Below are positions 60,258 to 64,000 of a stretch of 64,000 nucleotides of DNA, piece by piece. The DNA is from Octopus vulgaris (Eukaryota). A model generated the notes under the pieces. That model searched no databases, had not been told where the DNA came from, and saw only the letters and a program-made list of their open reading frames with translations. Each line of letters begins with the position of its first letter. The stretch's first letter is position 1. The stretch is from NCBI GenBank assembly GCA_951406725.2, contig OX597831.1, positions 79,174,001 through 79,238,000 on the forward strand, in the 5' to 3' direction. The position numbers were made by a program, and so were the translations under genes.

Positions 60258-60294
60258 AGAAACATGTTTCAACCTTGCTGGGTGTCATCAGCCC
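60258..60294 (-). ncRNA. Minimal type I hammerhead ribozyme motif
   Basis: Minus strand: ggg-CTGATGA-c-acc/cagcaa/ggt-t-GAAA-catg-TT-tct; AATAAA about 50 nt downstream. Confidence 0.6.
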
Positions 60295-60574
60295 GAACAT
60301 TTTTCTATCTCCAGCAGTCAAGGGACGTCGGTGACTGCTTTTATCTCTAGACAATAAACCTCTCTTTTTGTTTAATGGCGTGTCTGCTTTAGGAACTCCT
60401 TGATTCTCGAAATTATCTGCCCTTTTTATATGAAGTTCATTTGCTGGTTGGTAATTGCGTCACATCTTCTGGTGCGGAGATAATTTTAATAATTTTTTAA
60501 TTTCTTTTATATGATTTGATATACCCGTATTTATATTTCCCTCACTTCCTATATATATATACATACATACATAC

Positions 60575-60632
<58 letters not shown>

Positions 60633-60915
60633 CACACAAACACACACATATATACATATATATTTATACACACATGCCATATATATATATATATATATAA
60701 GCTGATTGGGTTTTATGCCGTTATCTAAGCCTATACTAGCCAGGCTCCTGCAAAGAAGCCAGCGAAACTCTATGTTACATAGAGCCGAATCAGACTGCTT
60801 TAAATAATAAATTATGTAACCCCCACTAAATGTGTTGAGTGCCCACTCACTCGTGTGTATGTATGCATATATATATATATATATACATATGTATGTATAT
60901 TTATATATATATACA

Positions 60916-60972
<57 letters not shown>

Positions 60973-61062
60973 ACTACTAATATAGGATGAAGTTTTTTAC
61001 AGAAAAAAATTTCATCAAAAAGTGGCAGCATATTAAAATACATTTAAAGGTTAAAGTTATAA

Positions 61063-61449
<387 letters not shown>

Positions 61450-63000
61450 AAGAGAGTGTGAAAGTGAGAAAGACAGGGAGGGAGAGACAAAGATATAAAG
61501 TTAATTTAGAGTGCGAATATTCGCAAATGTAACATTCCGTTCGCCTGACGAAACGTCACTGACCACTTTCTGTTACGTTCTATATAATATTTTGTGATAC
61601 TATATAAAATTATCAGATCTTTTCCACGGCTATTTATGTCTTCTTGTAGAGAAGACATCGTTCACAATAAAGGTACACATGTATATGAGATATGCAAGAA
61701 ATTTATCATTTATTGAATAAATATAATAAGAGAATTTGACTTCTGATAAGTCGACACCCCCACACACGAAGTTAAGTTCTACATACAAAACATATACATA
61801 CGTATACACACATGTCTATGCGCATATATGAACACATACTCATACACACATATACATATATATATTAAAGCGTTGTTTATTAGTATTATTCTTTCCTTCT
61901 TTCTTCTTTTTCTGTATCGTCTGCTTCTTTTTCTTCTTGTTCTTCTGCTTTAAATTTTTCGCTGTCATCACAAAATTAATGTATTTACAAGGTTTTCGTT
62001 AATAAATTTCGAAGAAGTTTTGTAGTTTTTTAAACTTTTTATCTATTTATTTATTTATTTATTTATTCATGTCATGCAAAAACATAGAATAAACAGAAAA
62101 TTGTATGTATATTTTTGGATGCATGCCTCCTGCATAGATATATGTATGCATATATATACATATATATATATATGCATACATACATGCATGCATATATATA
62201 TATGTATATACATGTACATACATGAATATACATATATATACATACATGCATATATGTCTCGTGTGTGTTTATATATATATATATGTATGTGTGTATGGAT
62301 GTATATATATAATATATGTTTGCATGTATATGCGTTGTCTTGTTTATGTTCAAAGTTATTTTTAATATACAAACAAAACATGCAGCTGCAAGAAAAAAAA
62401 AACAGATTTGTGTTTTTCTTTGATGCGTTTTTTGTTTCAAAAATACATAATTGTTCAATACCGACGTCGATCGGGTATCGATACACGATTGTTCCATTGG
62501 TTTTTTTTTTTCATGTTCATATCTGTATTTTTATATTTTGTGTGTCATATTTCGTCAATTTTCTTCATCATGTTTTATCTTTAAGCATAAGACCATTTGC
62601 TTACATATTCCACAGCATATTTTGAGGATGGGGGGGAAAGGGTTGATTTTTTTCTCTTTTTTTTTTTTTGGATAGTCTCTGAAGAAAGAAATCATATTTG
62701 TGATTGAATATTGGGTATCGATTTATCACCAAGTCTCACTTGAAAACTATCGCAATCATCATCTTCTTTAATAATGATATTATTTCAATCCCCGGACTAC
62801 GTCAGAGCTGGTATGCGTATGTTGCACACTCGTAGACATATTTAAAAGATTTTTTTCTATTTACTCTTCTCCTTTAAGCCACGCAGAGCGATATTCAATA
62901 ATTTATTTTGGTCCATTTTGTTTATTGTTATTTTTTGTTTTTTCATTGTTTAATTAATTGTCTTTGTTATTTGGCCGGGTTTTGTATCATATATACAGTC

Positions 63001-63034
<34 letters not shown>

Positions 63035-63389
63035 CATATATAGTTATTTATATATTCTTTCGTCACATATCCTCATATATTTATATATGTATAGACATAC
63101 ATTTGCATATATGTATGTATGTATATATATGCACACGCACACAAATATTTGATTTTCAAAGATCATCCGAATAACCGAACAATTTTCACTACCCGATACA
63201 TATATATTGTAATGCGTTTGTCATAACATCGCCATAATTCCCAAACGCATAAAAACATACACTGTTGCAATCGCCATCTTTTCTTACAGGATATTTCTTC
63301 ATATCAATGGCGGTATTTGGAAAAAAAAATGAATAATGTGAATATTAACGTTATTGTATTTTTTGCGTTTTGTTTTTTCTGTTCTGTTT

Positions 63390-63485
<96 letters not shown>

Positions 63486-63787
63486 TTCATTTTTGTCTTT
63501 TTTACATGGCCATGCATTTTGAAAGATTCTATAGAAAGTCACTACTAAATGAAGGTAAGTGTATACGGAAGAGGGTGCCCGTCGGTTCTTGATTCCATTT
63601 TCCAAAAATGAAGAATGGAAGTGAAATAAGAATGGAGGAAAACAAAACGAATTTCCTTTTTCAAAGACGTCAGTTCAAAAATGTCATAACACTAGATATT
63701 TACACATAAGCGTTAGTATGTACGTACGTGTGTTTGTATGTATATATATATATATATACATTTATTTATGTGTATGTGTGTGTATGC

Positions 63788-63824
<37 letters not shown>

Positions 63825-64000
63825 ACTGTTATGTATGTACATCTATACATACCCATATACATATATATATATGTGTGTGTATATGGTCAGAGTTAAAATA
63901 CAAACCAAGCAATCAAAAATAACTCAAAAAAATATGAAAAGATATCAAAAAAAATATGAAAGCACCACATTAACACATCGTAAATATTTGCAGCAGTCAA

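Noticed and set aside
61545-61560. ctgacgaaacgtc hammerhead-like string
   Set aside because: No stem II between the conserved boxes.

Overview
AT-rich, microsatellite-saturated animal DNA, intergenic or intronic. The repeat families resemble those of Octopus (an inference from recalled repeat content, not proven). I found no intact host protein-coding gene; almost all long ORFs are translations of simple repeats (GAA, GAT, GGT, TAA, TA, CA, TATC, TATG). The DNA between the microsatellites is mostly transposon-derived: one full-length but inactivated DD34D mariner (13114-14396), relics of maT/DD37D, rosa/DD41D-like, Tc1 and a second mariner, a hAT MITE, a 5'-truncated Penelope-like element (RT plus GIY-YIG), R4/Dong-type RLE LINEs in (TAA)n and (CATA)n arrays, RTE LINE 3' ends, and three abundant tRNA-like SINE families. 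The most notable hidden signal is about 14 minimal type-I hammerhead-ribozyme motifs, mostly with palindromic stem III, in short repeats usually flanked by (TA)n. Across unrelated families the core 3-8 pair appears as C-G, U-A and G-C, and a non-canonical Y.U 10.1-11.1 junction recurs. Several long terminal hairpins and inversions accompany them. Together these suggest a diverse population of Penelope-type pLTR or retrozyme-like elements. All structures were folded by eye and are unverified computationally.
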